Of a DNA stretch of 64,000 nucleotides, positions 33,401 through 48,400 are shown piece by piece. The notes under the pieces are model-generated. The model saw only the letters and a list, made by a program, of their open reading frames with translations. It did not search any database and was not told the DNA's origin. Position 1 is the first letter of the stretch. The number at the start of each line of letters is the position of its first letter. The DNA is from Tubiluchus corallicola (taxonomy: Eukaryota; Animalia; Priapulida). The DNA lies in assembly GCA_030141605.1 (NCBI GenBank), contig JAQGDQ010000097.1, forward strand, positions 310,001 to 374,000. Reading direction: 5' to 3'. The position numbers and the translations under genes were made by a program.

Positions 33401-36400
33401 TATCCATGCTAACAAACTTAGAAAACCCATGCTCGTGGCCTGGCACACATTACTATTTTTAATGCTCCTGTTGTTTGGAATTTGTGCAACTGAAACAATT
33501 GCAAACATCAATGAGTCAGATGAAGCTATAAGAATGTGTTTTGACTGTTTCTAGGTCTTTCTGTTTACAGTACGATTTAGAAAATGGTTAATGTTTATAC
33601 TGCATAACCTATTAAGCCTATTCACCCCTTGTGTATAGCTCTCTATCACAAATGTGAAGACTAAAGACAGTCAAAAATCGTAGTAGCAGTTGAGCAAGTA
33701 TATTAAAAAAGACATTGAAGCTGCCCACAAGCTGTAATCTCTTTTCCATGCAAAATGAGTATTCTGGTAGATTAAAGGTCAAGTTAACGTCAGAGCAAAT
33801 TTGCCGGCACTGATAACTGTTTGAAACTACTAACTTTTACAACAATCTCACTAGACATAAGGAAATTAAACTGTTTAAAAGATAAAAGTAGCAGTAATTT
33901 TGTCACAACTGCGAGCAAGTACAAAAAACGAACAGTCAAAAAAATCTTAATAGTTTCAAAACTCCAGCTCACCCTAATAGACACAACAAGAGGGTCGACG
34001 CCAACTAGCGATGATTTGTCAAATGGATAAAAGCCATCCTGACAGAGGCAAGGGGGTTGGAGCACATATCCGCATCTACCATTCATTCGAAATCTAGCCT
34101 GATTCAACTGCATAGGTTTATCTAAAAACAAATTAAGATGCTTAGCTAATAAATGTATGTTACAAATACACGATAATACCTGCAATATCTGTAAAAAATG
34201 ATAACATCTGTAAAATAAACAGTGAATTGAAACTAAAAGGAAAAAATGACTATTATCATTGTTTAGAATAACTACTAAATTAGCAAAGGTTTGGCAATTA
34301 TAGAAGCTGGACTCAGCATCGTTAATAAATATAAAAAGTAATACATTCATTTAGAACTTGAAAATTAATATTGTTTCTGCTCAAAAAACTCTTAGGCCAT
34401 CAACTCCTCTCTTTCAATAATCCTTGTTTACATTCGTGAATTCAGCTAATGATAAGATGGTCCATTACGGTCAGAAAATAAAGTAGAAGCTTGCAATATA
34501 ACTTAAGTTGTAAAAATGTATTCAAAAATGTAATATGTCAGGTGAAGCACAAAATGTGCTGCGGTTTCAATCATGATATTATAAGAAGAAAATAATATAA
34601 TCGATTGAAAATTGCCATGCTTATGTATAAACGCCAAACATTTTAGGCTTTTCTGTTAGATTACCCCGAAGATACAGAAGTTTTAAAGTAACAAGTCAAA
34701 AAAAGTACATATCACAAAAAAACTTTGTGCCACCATTGCTAAAATATGCAGTCCACAATTTTCACTGCAAACTAGCTGAAGGCATTTCTTCCTACAGCTG
34801 ACAAAGTTTCTCTCTTTTTTAAGGTGTATTTCGTTCTGCACTCAACAAATTTAGTTTTTAAGTACTCTGCATCAAACAGTTCTGTGTGGCCATTATACAC
34901 TCTCTTTCAGTTAATTCAAAAACAATAATCCAGAGGATTAGGTCACATTTTTTTCTTAGCAACAAATCTTTATCAGTTCTCTGTTTTCTCTGGTGATGAC
35001 CATGATGTAAACTGGTTGATTCCTTTATAGTTTGCTCCATGTATCGAGCACTTTGTACGTGGGTGTTTTTTGATTGATGATTAACTGAAATTGTTCCAGC
35101 ATTTTTTAACATGCAAAGGCTCTTCGGTCATAACTTAAAACCCACTAAAACTATAAACTTGTAGCTTTCACAGCCAAAAGTTAATGTATTGCAATATCAC
35201 ACTGTGAAATTCCAACTTTGTAGACCCCTCACTTCTAATATTATCGTAGTCTAAACTTCAACACATTTTTTCTGAGTTACCCTATATATCTTAAGAATAA
35301 AGACTTAAAGGTCTTTACACTTACCGCCTGTCTGATAATTCAGTGCGACCAGTTGGCAGCCAGAATTCCACACCGGTATCGGATCATAATTAGATGAATC
35401 AACACGAGTGCCCTTGGGGTAAACTCGAGTTAGCTGCACTCTATTAATAGTATGAAAAGTCAAGGAATAAAATGCATAAATTACCTCCAATACTGCACCA
35501 AACTGATCATTGGTAATTAAACAGTACTACTAATAATATATAATAGAGATCCGGCTTTGCAAAATAAACATAAATTAATCTTGCTTTTATCACAATTGAC
35601 ATCGACTAAATAAATGCTTTTTTGCTCAGGAGGAAATCGTAATAACAGTTGTTGGCAGATTTAAGAAAGACACCTTTATGGCATCCAAATAAAAATTATG
35701 GACTTTGGAAAAAATTATATTGAAATGCTTCTCTGTTCGGTAACATATCATAAAAACAATTGACGTATCATGTATAAAAGGATATTCCACTAGGTTCTTT
35801 GTTCTCAAGTATTTCTCTGCTTTGCTCTCGGCAAGTGACGACATTTCGTGAAAATCTCGAGGAAATTCTGAAACAAAATGCGCCGTTAGTTAAGGTGCAT
35901 ATGACACAGAAGTTACACCATTCATTTGGGCTGATGAGATATGTTCATTTGCCATGATATCACTGATGAATTCTATAAATCATTGATCCTGTCTTATTTA
36001 GACTACTCATTTAATCTAAAATTATTACACCATACTGACTTTATGGCAATAACACACAATAATTTGAACTTAACTCAATTACACTAGAGTTCATTGTAAT
36101 TAACAATTTAGTATATTAAATTAATAATTTTTCACGTTTTTTGCTTCACATATATAATATGCTCATAGTTTTTTTATTGCAATTCCATCAAAAACTTAAA
36201 GAAAGTTTTTACATGCTAGCACCCTTGCAACTTTTGAAGTAAGAAAGTGCTTACTGTCCGGATTGAAAGATACGGCTCGGCAATATATGATAAGATCAGA
36301 CAGTTCCTTGGCTATCTGATGACTGCGTTCAGTCTGATGAGTTACACTTGTCTGCAATAACAACATCAAATCTTTACAAACATTACTGCTCAGTAATTTC

Positions 36401-39400
36401 AAAAAATAATACAAAATCGTTTTGCAAAATATACTGCAATAAACAAAAAATGCTTTGAGTTAGTTATTAGACTAGCAAAAAAAAAACGTGTGAATGAATT
36501 ACATCAACTCTTATAAAATAAGTGCACTTACCTCAAATTCTGCCTTTTGGGAAGCTTCCCGTATTTTTTCTACCCAATCACGTAACTCTTCCCTGTCACT
36601 GCAGCCGATTTCACGGGTAGTGAAGTCAGATAATTGTAAGCGGAAAACGTATAAGTTATTCTTCACCTGCAAAAGCAGAGCAAAAAACAACTTTTTAATA
36701 CGTTACACAGAAAATTTAACAATGTTTTTCAATATTTAGTGAAAATTGCAGTACATTTTTCTTTTATTTCGAATGTTAATAACAGACAGAAATAAGTTAG
36801 AATCCTCACTAAAAATTGGTCATAAATACGTATTACATTAATAAATAAGGGTCTAATGTGATACCACCAGGGCATCAATGCCAGTGTTGCATGTATTCCA
36901 ATGTTTAAAATCACTGACAAAAATGTCAGCAATACCTTTGCTGGTGTTTATATGGACAATGTTCAGATTCGCTATGTTTTGCATTAGTGAAATTTAAATA
37001 ACAGTTTTGTTGTTTTATCTCAACTTATCGCTAAGCGTAAGCAAACTGATAACTGGAATTTAACATAATTATATGTCTTTAACAAGTCTGTCTTTTACTT
37101 GCCACTGATAATCAGTATTAGGATGAAACTTCGAACAAAACATGATACATTACACTAGTTTAGTCTATTCATTAATTTCGCTAACACAGGACATAATTAT
37201 AAACATGGAAATAAAGCTCATAGTACACTACTGCAAATACAAAAACGAAATATTTTTAAAATATCCCCAATAGTTATGCAAACTGCAATAAAATATCTGA
37301 TGGAAAAAAAGAATTTTACTGCAGGCTTATTCTATCATTCATCACAATAACAATAATTATATAACGTGCTACAGAGCCTCCAGAAGTCAAAGCTTGTAAG
37401 AGTGAATCTGACAGAGACACAGAGATTGGTTAGTATAAAAGAGATGAGGATGAACTTGCCAATAGTGACAGTGAAAAGAGGAGAAATAATTGTGAAGTGA
37501 GAGATAACAATATGTGATGTGACAATGATAATCCTGACCATGTTAACTAAAATTAAGATTAGCAGAGAGGTGCACTGCGAGACTTGTCACAAAAAATAGA
37601 GGAAGGTTAGCCTTTATATGCGCATTGGATATTTGGAAAAAGTGACATAATTTGCCAGAAGTGACATAATTACATAATAAATTAAATGCCTGCAAAAACA
37701 AGCTCAAAGTAAATGTCAAATATGACACAGTGACCCTTCCTCTATTTTGTAATTTATTTATTTTCTGTTATTTTTTCTTTAAATCAGATGCAAAGTCTGG
37801 AAAAGCCTGGCACGTAACAGCCCAGTCGTGCACAAAGTTTGTTTAGCTTGGTATTGCTGGACTTGAAGACACTCAGCAAAATGTTTGGATGGATGTGTGA
37901 ACACAAACAAGGCAGCTTTCCTCTGCCTGATATAAAATCTGGAGATAATAATCAGTATTATATTCTGCACAAAAACTAAAAAACAACATTACCACTGTAG
38001 ATTCAATAGTGCATCCACGAATGTCGATACAGCCTTTCTGGAGAATTCCCAGGGGATTGCTCTCATCTTCCCCCAACTCTTGCACATAATTTTTTGGAAA
38101 CCAGTGTTGTTTCTTGACACCATAATCGCCCTGCCACCTGGAATGTTGAGTGTACAGAATGTAGAGAGAAATGCAATGCAAGTTCCACTAGGTTATGACA
38201 TAATATCCAATGAACAAATGTAATAATATTATTCTGGATTTGCTTGTGAAGAGACTAATCTAAAGCAACTATGATCATAATTAACAAATGCCACTTTTCC
38301 TTGTGTACCAAAATACCATGACTGACATATAGCTGAGGAAATGATTGTAGTTTCAAATACCTTTAGTGATTTGAAAACATGGACACAATCCCGTTATGCA
38401 AATTAAATTAAAAGAAAAAGCACAATCTTACACAATACTAGCAAAACTTTTTTTTGAATAAAACGTTAGAAATTATTTTTATCACTTCACATTCTCCAAT
38501 TTCCAATATTTTTTTAATTCAAAGTGGGGCAGTTTTAACAAGTGATCTGGATATCTTTTAATTTAGTTATGTCTGGCCATTTGTCATTGACATTGGTCAC
38601 CAGCTGTACTTGGGCAAATTGTCGAAGATTATTACTAAAACACACAACAAATGATTAAGTGCAACTACTTTTTAAGCTTACAAATATTAAATACATTAGG
38701 CTGTACATACAGAAATTTATTACAGCAAATTAATGATAATTTAGCCTTGGATTATAAACAAAAACTGCAATATATTTGATTACATGCTCATATATTTAAA
38801 TGAACTTAGAGATAATAAATTTCAAATTGCATTATGCAGTATCTAATCTATAAAGTGTAAATGGCCAATCTACAAACTATCATTTTATAAATGTAATTAA
38901 CATTCATAAGTTTAAAAGGTAAGTTCACACTGCATTCATCATAGTTCATAGCAGTATACTTACCAATTTTCATCTTGTTTGTTCACATTGGTGATGATGC
39001 TATTCTTGCAAAAACTAAGTTCATCATCTCTCTGAGCTTGATAGTCATAAAGTGCTTTCACTTTTATCTGCCAAAACGGTAACACACTTTAATAATAATT
39101 TCATTTTGATACTAACAGCAGGATCACAAAAGCTTCTCACAGTTCCAGCGATTGACAATGATCGTGAAAAGGTCAAAGGTTAAGTGTACTAGACAATGCA
39201 TTTGTTTACACTTGCCAATGTCTCATAGCCCATGGTACTGTAATAATAACAGTTTTTAACAGCTAGCTAGAAACTTATCTAATTAATTTTTTCTTGTTTC
39301 CAAGCAAGATCCTGCTAGTAAATCACTAGTACACACAGACTAATGCATAGTAAAGTAAAGTCCACGTAAAACAACTGAAGTTACTGACTTTGCTTCACAC

Positions 39401-42400
39401 ACATGTGGTTTACTTAACCTTTGACCTACAGCAACTGCGCGTGCGCACAACGAAATTTTGAATAGACTTATTAATTGTTTAATAAATGAGACACCTATAG
39501 TCTGCAATTCAAATCACATGATAGTAATAACACTGTGTATAATTGTACAGAAAGATATTAAATTTTTTAATAAATGTAAAAAACATCACTGTACAAATAT
39601 TACAAGAAGTAAAAAATAGAGCACAACCTAAAATTAAGGGTATCCCAAAATAAGTAGATCACTGTTTTAGCAATGTATCAACACAGTATCATAAATGCAG
39701 CATGCACTTTCAACGTTAATTTAGTGGTACCATTATTCACATACTTACACGGTACAACAAATATACAAAAATATAACAAATGATAAGAATTAAGATATAA
39801 ATCAGTTCAACTTGTACATAGTAAAGAAAAAATGTTTATTTATTAAAGCAAAGTAAAAAAAATAAAAAGCTAAAACAACAAATTATGTTATAATTACACT
39901 CTAACAATGGCCAGGAAATGTTATTTTAACAAGGCTGTTAACATGTGTCCACAAAAAACATTAATATGCAGGACTACTACAATAACGGATCATTTAAAAA
40001 TTAAAAACAATGACATAACAACATATATTTATAATGTGACAAACAGACTCATTGATAAGTTCACATTAACAAGTCAACACTCACTATTTGATGCACACAT
40101 ACGTCTCAGATACAATGATTAAAAAATAAAGGCAAAGAAGGAAAAACAAATACTTACTGTTGACTGGAAACCTAAAGGATCAGTGTAGAGACCATCATCT
40201 GAACCGAATTGATCATCTGGCTCCTGCAAAAACAACAATGCCTAGTACAAAATGCATTAAACATCACAGTTTCAGAATTTTTCAGTAAGGTGAGACTTTC
40301 AAAACAAATTAGTGATGTTGCATTGGGTGCGTTTGCGTACCTATGATGCTGCAGCATTGAACAGTCCATGCTTACCTTTATGTTATCTATTAAAAACAGT
40401 TTAAAATTCTGGTGTATATTTCTAAAAGCCGTTAACAGTGGCATTCTACTTATGGGCTAACATCTCATAAATGAATGAATTTTCTGGCATCAGCAGAAAG
40501 TGCAGAATGCTTTGGGATTTACGGAATAATGCCGTGCAGTGAACTTGTGTGCCACTGGTAAAGTTTAAATTAAATAAAATGTTTATATCTCAAGCACTAG
40601 TTTTCCTACAGAATGAGTAACAAATGTGGTATTATTGACTAGGCCCTGCAATCACACACCTAGGAACATACAAAAACATTCTGACTATGTAATGATCAGG
40701 CTAAAACAGTTAAACATGGAAAACTACTAAACAAACAAATGATGGATGCTAACCTACTAAATACATTATTGACTGATACTAACCATGGAACCTAAAAACT
40801 TAATAAATGTTCTGCTCTAACAGGCAGCAACAGTTAGACTGCATAAGAACATTTTGAGATATAAATAGCGATTTTGTTAAAATTTAATTTTTATCTTACC
40901 AACTAATCATAAAGTTGAGGTAGTGACAGGTATGTCTTTTTTTATCTCATGTTAACTGCAAAGCTTAATTTTCCTACCTCATTCAACCTTCTGACTAGAT
41001 CTTCATTAACTGGAAACTTCTTGTTCAGCTTCACGCGTTTGTACAAATTGTGTGATGTGTAATATTGGACTAATTCACACAAGCTGTCAAATGTAGCTGT
41101 CACGTGACCATCACCAATAGTATACTGATCACCTTCTCTTCTTATATGACAGTGAAGAATCTTCTTCTCATAGCTAAAAATATAGTATTCATTATCAGAA
41201 GTAACTTTCTGCCCACTGTATGGGTAAGCATTGCTGCTAACAAAAGTACAAAATTTTAGATCTATTTTCTCAAATTTCCTTTACTTCATTATATTTTACA
41301 AAGGCACACTTTGCTAGGACTTTCGCAAGTCATGACGAAGAAGCAACAAAAATCTATAGGTCACAGAAACAGGTGCTCCCTCAATCCTTAACAGTATGCA
41401 AATAAAGTTTGTTAGAAAAGCTTCATAATTCTAACACGTTATTGCAAACACCCTAATATTATAACATAGGGTATATTGAGGTAGGTAATGTTGGCCACAT
41501 TTAGATTATATTTATGTATTCTATGAAAAGCCACTATACACTACTACAATTTCGGTGTTACAATAGTGTAATATAATGTTAACTGGCTGCGTTAGCAGAT
41601 AGACCTAAACTGCCACACAAATAGTAAAAAATTGTTATGTCTACATATATTTTCAAACAAAATTAACAATTTGTTTTTGTAAAATAGCTTTTTTAATCTT
41701 TTTGTCTACTAATTTTTATGCATTCTGCCAAATTGTTTCAATAAAAGTTCAACGTATACCAGGGTCAATAAAATCAGAACTAAAAATTATTGTATACTTG
41801 TGTACAATGAATGCAAAAGCTGCATTTCTTGGAATAAAACTACGCTAGACTAAATTACACATACTCCCTATTCTGAGTTTAGTCCGAGTGAAATTTTCTA
41901 AGTCTTTTTTGCATATTAAACAGATAAATAAACATTAGTCTGCTCCTCTGGTGACCTACCACAACTCACCTAAATGATATGGAAAATAAATTTGGATTGC
42001 TGTCATAGCCTCGTATTAAGAATGCACCATCACGAGGAACACGCTTCAACATATCTTCTGCCTCCTCCTTGGCCAGAGCTGGATGAAACCAACTGCAAAA
42101 TGATAAAACAAATAACAAACAGAACAAACAAGCAAATTATTTTGTTACAGAGGATTGTGAATAAATACAAAGTTTGAATAAGTAAAGAACATTCTGAAAA
42201 CACAATAACAAACAGGTTAACTCTCTAAAATTTTTTTAGCCAAATTTCAATGGCTAACTGAATGGTAAGAAACACTAATAATCAATGGATTGTTAATAAC
42301 AATGTGATTTGACCAACAACTTTCTAAGGCTTAGACTTAGGAGTACAGTTTGACCAATGATCATTCTTAGACATAAGCGTAACCAAGTTACTACAAGTTA

Positions 42401-45400
42401 TAGTACATAAGTCACTCTGAATATTGAGGAAATCTTTTTGTTTTAGAAGTAGCGCAACAAAATCCATGAAATAAACAGCTAGAAACATGGCTGGAAAACA
42501 AACGATAACGATTAAAGCTCGACTAACTAACTGCAAAGAAAGAGCAAACTTACGGCTTATGTTCGTGTGTTTGTGCTGCTGGAACAGGTTGATTCAGTCT
42601 CATTTCAAACTCTCTGCTCTTCAATGGATGCTGCTGGTAGTGTTCTATCAATGCTCTTAAACTAGGAAATGATATGCCATCGACAAGGTAGTACAACGCT
42701 TTGCCTCGCTCCTGCTTTGACTTAATATGGCAATGCTTGACCACACCCTGACGTATGAAAGACAATGTGAAATCACCCTTAAACGTTGTGCTGTGTCGCA
42801 CTAGAAATGCGCCGTCACCGTACTGTCTGTTTTGCAGTAGGAACTTATTGACATCTGTACGCTGCTGCAGTTCCTTGGACGAATGGAACCACGGCTCCCC
42901 CACGTGGGACATTTCATCGCCGAGCTCAGGCTAAAATGAAATCGTAAAACAAACACAATAACAGCTAACATATTGAAGTTTGTTGAGTCATAGTAATAAG
43001 AGGTGAAAATTAAAAAATTAAAACAACATTTCCTGTGTGATATGTATTTACTCTCAATAAGCTCTGAATGTGATTCAAGTGCAAAAGTAAGAGGTACATA
43101 AAAGAAAGTAATAATAGTAGATACCAAATCAACCAGCTGACAGCAGTTCATTGCTACATTTCTGTCTAACTGCAGAATTGCACTGCAGAAGCAGCAACAA
43201 AAACTTGTACTATGTAATGGAAAAAAATGCCATAAAAGATAAAATAAGAAACCACGACATTCCAAACAAATCTCTTAGAACTGCGGATGTGGATAGTGAT
43301 TTTATGTTTATGTGTGAATTCTTCTTGCGGAATTTATTCACTGCCTCTATGCTTTTTCTTTGTGAACTGTATCCTTTTTTAAGTGTGAGATTCTCTATGT
43401 GTGTTAATAATATAAAAAACAAAAATATTATTTCACACGATTATTTTTCTTTCTAATCTTTAATCTGCTGACAAACATTAGTGGTTGTTCGAAACATCTC
43501 CTTTTTCTGTTATTCAGGTTAGTAGGGGTTTAATTTGTGCCTTGCATTACGTAGCTTTGGCCGATAGTTACAAGGACATGTAAACGAAGATGGCTCTAGT
43601 GACACAGTGATTTTAAAATTTCTAGTCAAAAACCACTTCAAAGATTCAAGCACTTACTACTTCAGTGAAGCACTAAGCTTACAGACAAGGACAACTTCTG
43701 CCTAACGTGATAAAACATTTCTTTTCATTGCTGATACTAAGCTTATAGACAATTTGCAATTACCTTTCACTATGATTTAGGCTTTTTAGGCTTTTATTGA
43801 AATTAAGTAACACTTATCACTAGTAGGCAAAAAATCCGTACTTGGCCATTGGCTTCAGCTTCAAATGCATCATCATCTTCATCTGAATCACTCGCATCAT
43901 CTTGCCCCGTTTCACCCGTATAAAATAGCTTAGTAGCAGTCAAAACGAAAAAATGTGGATTCCATTCCTAAAATACAGAAGAAAACAAGGATGTGTTACA
44001 AAATTGCATCTACTAGGTGAAGTACTACTGATAAACAAGTCTTAAAAAATATGGAAATTTAGCTAAAGAAATAATGGATTAGTAATGCGCAACATACATT
44101 TGAACAAATTTTAGTTCCCTGTAAAACATGATACTATTTATTTCTTTATTCATGCTGTTTATTTTGTAAATAATTATAACAACAAGTTTACGTATAATCC
44201 AGAATATGCAACCATGGCAAAATTATGTTATGCGAATAAAATTACCCAAGCTGAAGCAGGATATACATTTAGAAGCATACATTTAAAACTGAACGCACAT
44301 ATGCAAAGTACACATAACTGCAACTTTGGCACAACTGTTATTTCACGGGAATACACAGCAATCTAAGAAACTAAAAGTGCACTTTACAGTATTAAGAACA
44401 TAGCAAGTTTAATTGGGAATAAAAAGTAGATCACATTGAGCTATGGGTATTGATATTTGCAAAATGTAACTCTTAAGGGATTTAGGGTGGCTGCTTTTGA
44501 ATTTGCCACCTCGTCTCTCTGTATCTACTCATTAGTTATTGCTTAATAACCAGTGATTTTCTTTTTAATTTTAAGAACAGAGACAAAAAATGTGCAGAAC
44601 CAAACCAACTACTAATGACGCAGATCATGTAGTGATAAATAAGAGCATTATATATATATCTCTGCCAAGTGAGGTATGTACAGTACAAACTCCAAACATA
44701 ATTGCAGGTTCCCTTTTGTATTTGTAATAACAAACCTTTGCTAGTCTGTCTTCAAGAAACAGCAGGCCCCTTTTTGTTGCAAACCTCAAGTCCTGCTCTT
44801 CTGGAAAGCCTGAAATAAATTAAGCACAATATTTTTGTGACAATTATCCGTTAGAACACTAATGGACAATTGTCATTCCAGTGGCACTTAAGCTGCAATT
44901 ACACACTTAGGTCTCTATTATAAAACCCTACTGATATTGGTCAATAACAAAGGTGCCTTAACAGTCTTTTCACAATCAGCACTATCCACATACAAGATCT
45001 GATTATCTTAATCTCAGTGAAATTGTACAAGATGACGAGTACCTACAAGCATAACGATGACATATGTCCCCAACACTTTCAAGGGAGTCATAATGAGACC
45101 TTCATACTGCTGATGGTAAAATCCATCTGCGATATTTAATTAGCTTGCAGGCCTTGAAATTCAAAATAATGGGATGCAAAATGACTGTTACCTGATATAA
45201 GACAGACAGCTGTCAATCAGGATCAAAGTCAAGGTCAAATATGTCATTGCAACCCTTTACCCGACAAATACTATCCAAGTGTCAAATTTGGCTGGCTTCG
45301 CTTCAAAGGCTTTGCAACTTTAGGCCTCCACTACATCCTTATTGACACTCCTTTATCCGAAGGCAAAGGATAACAAGATGCCATAAGCCTCCACTGTCTC

Positions 45401-48400
45401 CCTACCGCCTGTTTTGTTTGGGCACTGGGTACAGTTCAGTAAGGTTGTAACTTTAGCTTATTAAACAGATTCAGTCAGGATACAGATGAGTTTACCAATG
45501 CTTCATATTCATGTAGTGTACACATCAAAAGTGAATGTTTAACTTTATCTACAACAACCACAAACTTGAAGCTAAATGCCCCACTATAATCTAAATTTCT
45601 GGTAAATTTTACAAACTAACTATTATCCTTAGCATTTCGAATCAAAGATTTTAATACCTTCGCTCCTAAGCCAAGAACAGTAAGGGATATTCCTAAACAA
45701 TAATGCACAGGCTAAAGCGATGATAGTCTTATCTCGAACAATGCTAAAGGTTTATACGAAAAACCTGCTGCAAACTACATATTAAATAACGATCATTAAA
45801 AAGTATAGTTGTAATCTTACATTCCAAATCGTTATCCAAGGAAGTACTAGATAAACGCTCATCCAAACCTCCTGCATCGACGGGTAATTTCTTATGCTGC
45901 AAATGATCATCAAGCCATATTAACAATGCTAATAAAAAGTATGTGCTCTATTAAATGAGTCTGGGGAGAAGTTTACTTAAATAAGTAAGAGAAATGGTAG
46001 GTTTCTCATTTTCACTATTGCAGTAAATTTCATTTCCAATCAAGCTTTAATAACCATTGATAATGGTGCTTAATTAATAACACCAGATTTGTTACAAGAT
46101 AATTTATGCACATCAGAGCAATTTTCAACAACATGCAAACTATGTAGTAGATGTTTACTGTTAAAAAATTCTCAAAACACCTTGATTAATATTTTCCGCT
46201 TTAACTGATTAGGAGATGGTAGTCTATCACTGTTGCGATCAATGGGTGTCGTCAGAAGCATATCTAAATAAATTAAAAATATGATATGATAAAAGTAATC
46301 ACAAATTAAAAATATCATAAAAGTAATCAACATATTGAAAATATGATAAAAGTAATCAACATGTTGAAAAACTGTAGTACTTTTATTATTATTAATGACT
46401 GTAGTTTTAGATACATTTCTGTAGTTACCCTTGTAAATGCATTTGCAATTGTGTGCGAACTTTTGTGTAATTTATGACCTAGCTGTCAAAATAAGGAATA
46501 ACCTAACCTGATCTAACAAAACATTTGAATAATGACCTGCATTTCTTAAATTTCCTTTACGCAATGAATGAAGTTTTACTAAATATTAAGTGTCTGAAGC
46601 GATTACGCACCACCAAAGACTTCTTTAAATAAATGAGCCATCGTCCGTTGCTGTCCAAGTGAACAATGGTCTTCGATGGATAAGATGACTGGAAACCTAG
46701 AATGTCAAAAAATACAGTGATGAAATTTCAAAATACTAATAAAAATTATTGATAATGGTGTGAAAGCATTTTATGAAGCACAGGACTATAAAAATGGCAA
46801 AATAAGATTCGCCGGGGAAAGCTCTCACTGACAGAAATTGAGAACAATATTCATCTAACTCCAGTGGTAGTTAGTTTCCACTGAAAGACCTCACATGAAT
46901 ACAATTCTTTCTAGGAAGTTTATGCACCAAAAAGCCATCAAGCACTCCATATAAAAACCTTAGTCTTACATCACAAAAGAATCGGCTACCAAATTCTAAA
47001 CTAGAACTTGTAAAAAATTGCCGAAAAAACATGCATTATTAGATGAGATGATCTGCAAGAATTATTCTTAGAACATCAAAATTTAGCTAAATATCTCATG
47101 TGTGGAACAAAATAGGAAAACTTAAAGCTCTCCCATAAATGCTAAAATAGAGGCTTATCCTCACAGCATCGGACAACAGTTTAAAAAATAGAAAGATAAT
47201 CTTACGTTGAAAAAAACTATTTTTGAAGAAGGTAGGTAACTTACTCCGAGACAGCAAATGCATGTTCTCTGATGGTCTTGATGACACTGAGGAAGTTGAT
47301 TTTGGTCGTCATTGTGTAAGCATGTGTGATTTGCGGTAGATTAGGTCCATCCCAGCAGTCCACTGCAATATAAAAAAAATTATCAGAAAATTCAGCACAT
47401 TTGACAGAATACATTTTAATTCAACTGATAACAACACTGAAAACAAGTGTTCCCCCTCTACCACATTTTTTTCATGCTAAAATAGATTCAACCGAATGAT
47501 TTTTATGCAGCAAAGTACAAATGTAACATGAAATAAACACTCAAAATTATCTTAAAACTTGCTGAAAACGTATTTAGTTGTTATTGTCACTGTGACACTG
47601 CCCTAAATTCTCAAAATTTTGCACAGAATATTATTATATAATATAATAATGCAGTTCATTAGTCTGACTTCCTATAATGACTTGTAAGCTCTACTCAAAT
47701 AAAAATACACTAGAATCACCATATAAAATTACTCATACAACACACAAATTTAAAATCAGAATTGGCCTAACAAAAGTGATTCAGATAGCTAAAAAGTTAC
47801 AGATTATATCTTATTAAAAGCTAGTGAAAACAATTAACAATTTTTTAAATTGGGTTTTGAAAGCTGAACGTGATGGTGCAGTCTTAACATGTATGAGTAA
47901 CTGATTCCATAAGCTGCATAATGGCATAAGAAAATGATCATCACAAGCAGAAAGATAAATCCCTTGACATTTTCAAACTGCGTAAATCACATGCTCTCAA
48001 CTAGGAATATAACATGACAGTAATGCTGAAAAGTAACTCAAGGTAGCACAAATCATGCACTAGTACACAAGCAACAGAATCTTAAATTCTATCCAGAAGT
48101 ACACAAGCAGCCATAACTGAAGTTATGTGATCAAACGTTTTTGTCTGAGAAACCAACCGTGCATAGTGTATGTTGGTCAGAAATTAAAAAAACAAGATTC
48201 CTTGTAGCATGTATTCTACCTATTTGTAAAGTTTAAATTTAAAACATAGATATATGAATACAAATCAGTATCACGCTAACTCCTAAAGTCAAATGACACC
48301 TATTTTCCCATTGTAAAATAAATACTAGTGGTACTTTCATTTTCATAATCGATTAATCAGACACAAAATTGACTCATAACTGATTATAATCGGTTTTCAG

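Noticed and set aside
33790-34350. 186-aa ORF as a standalone gene
   Set aside because: It is PLCG exon 27 plus read-through into flanking introns; the same applies to ORFs at 37873, 42550, 60106, 62099 and 16349
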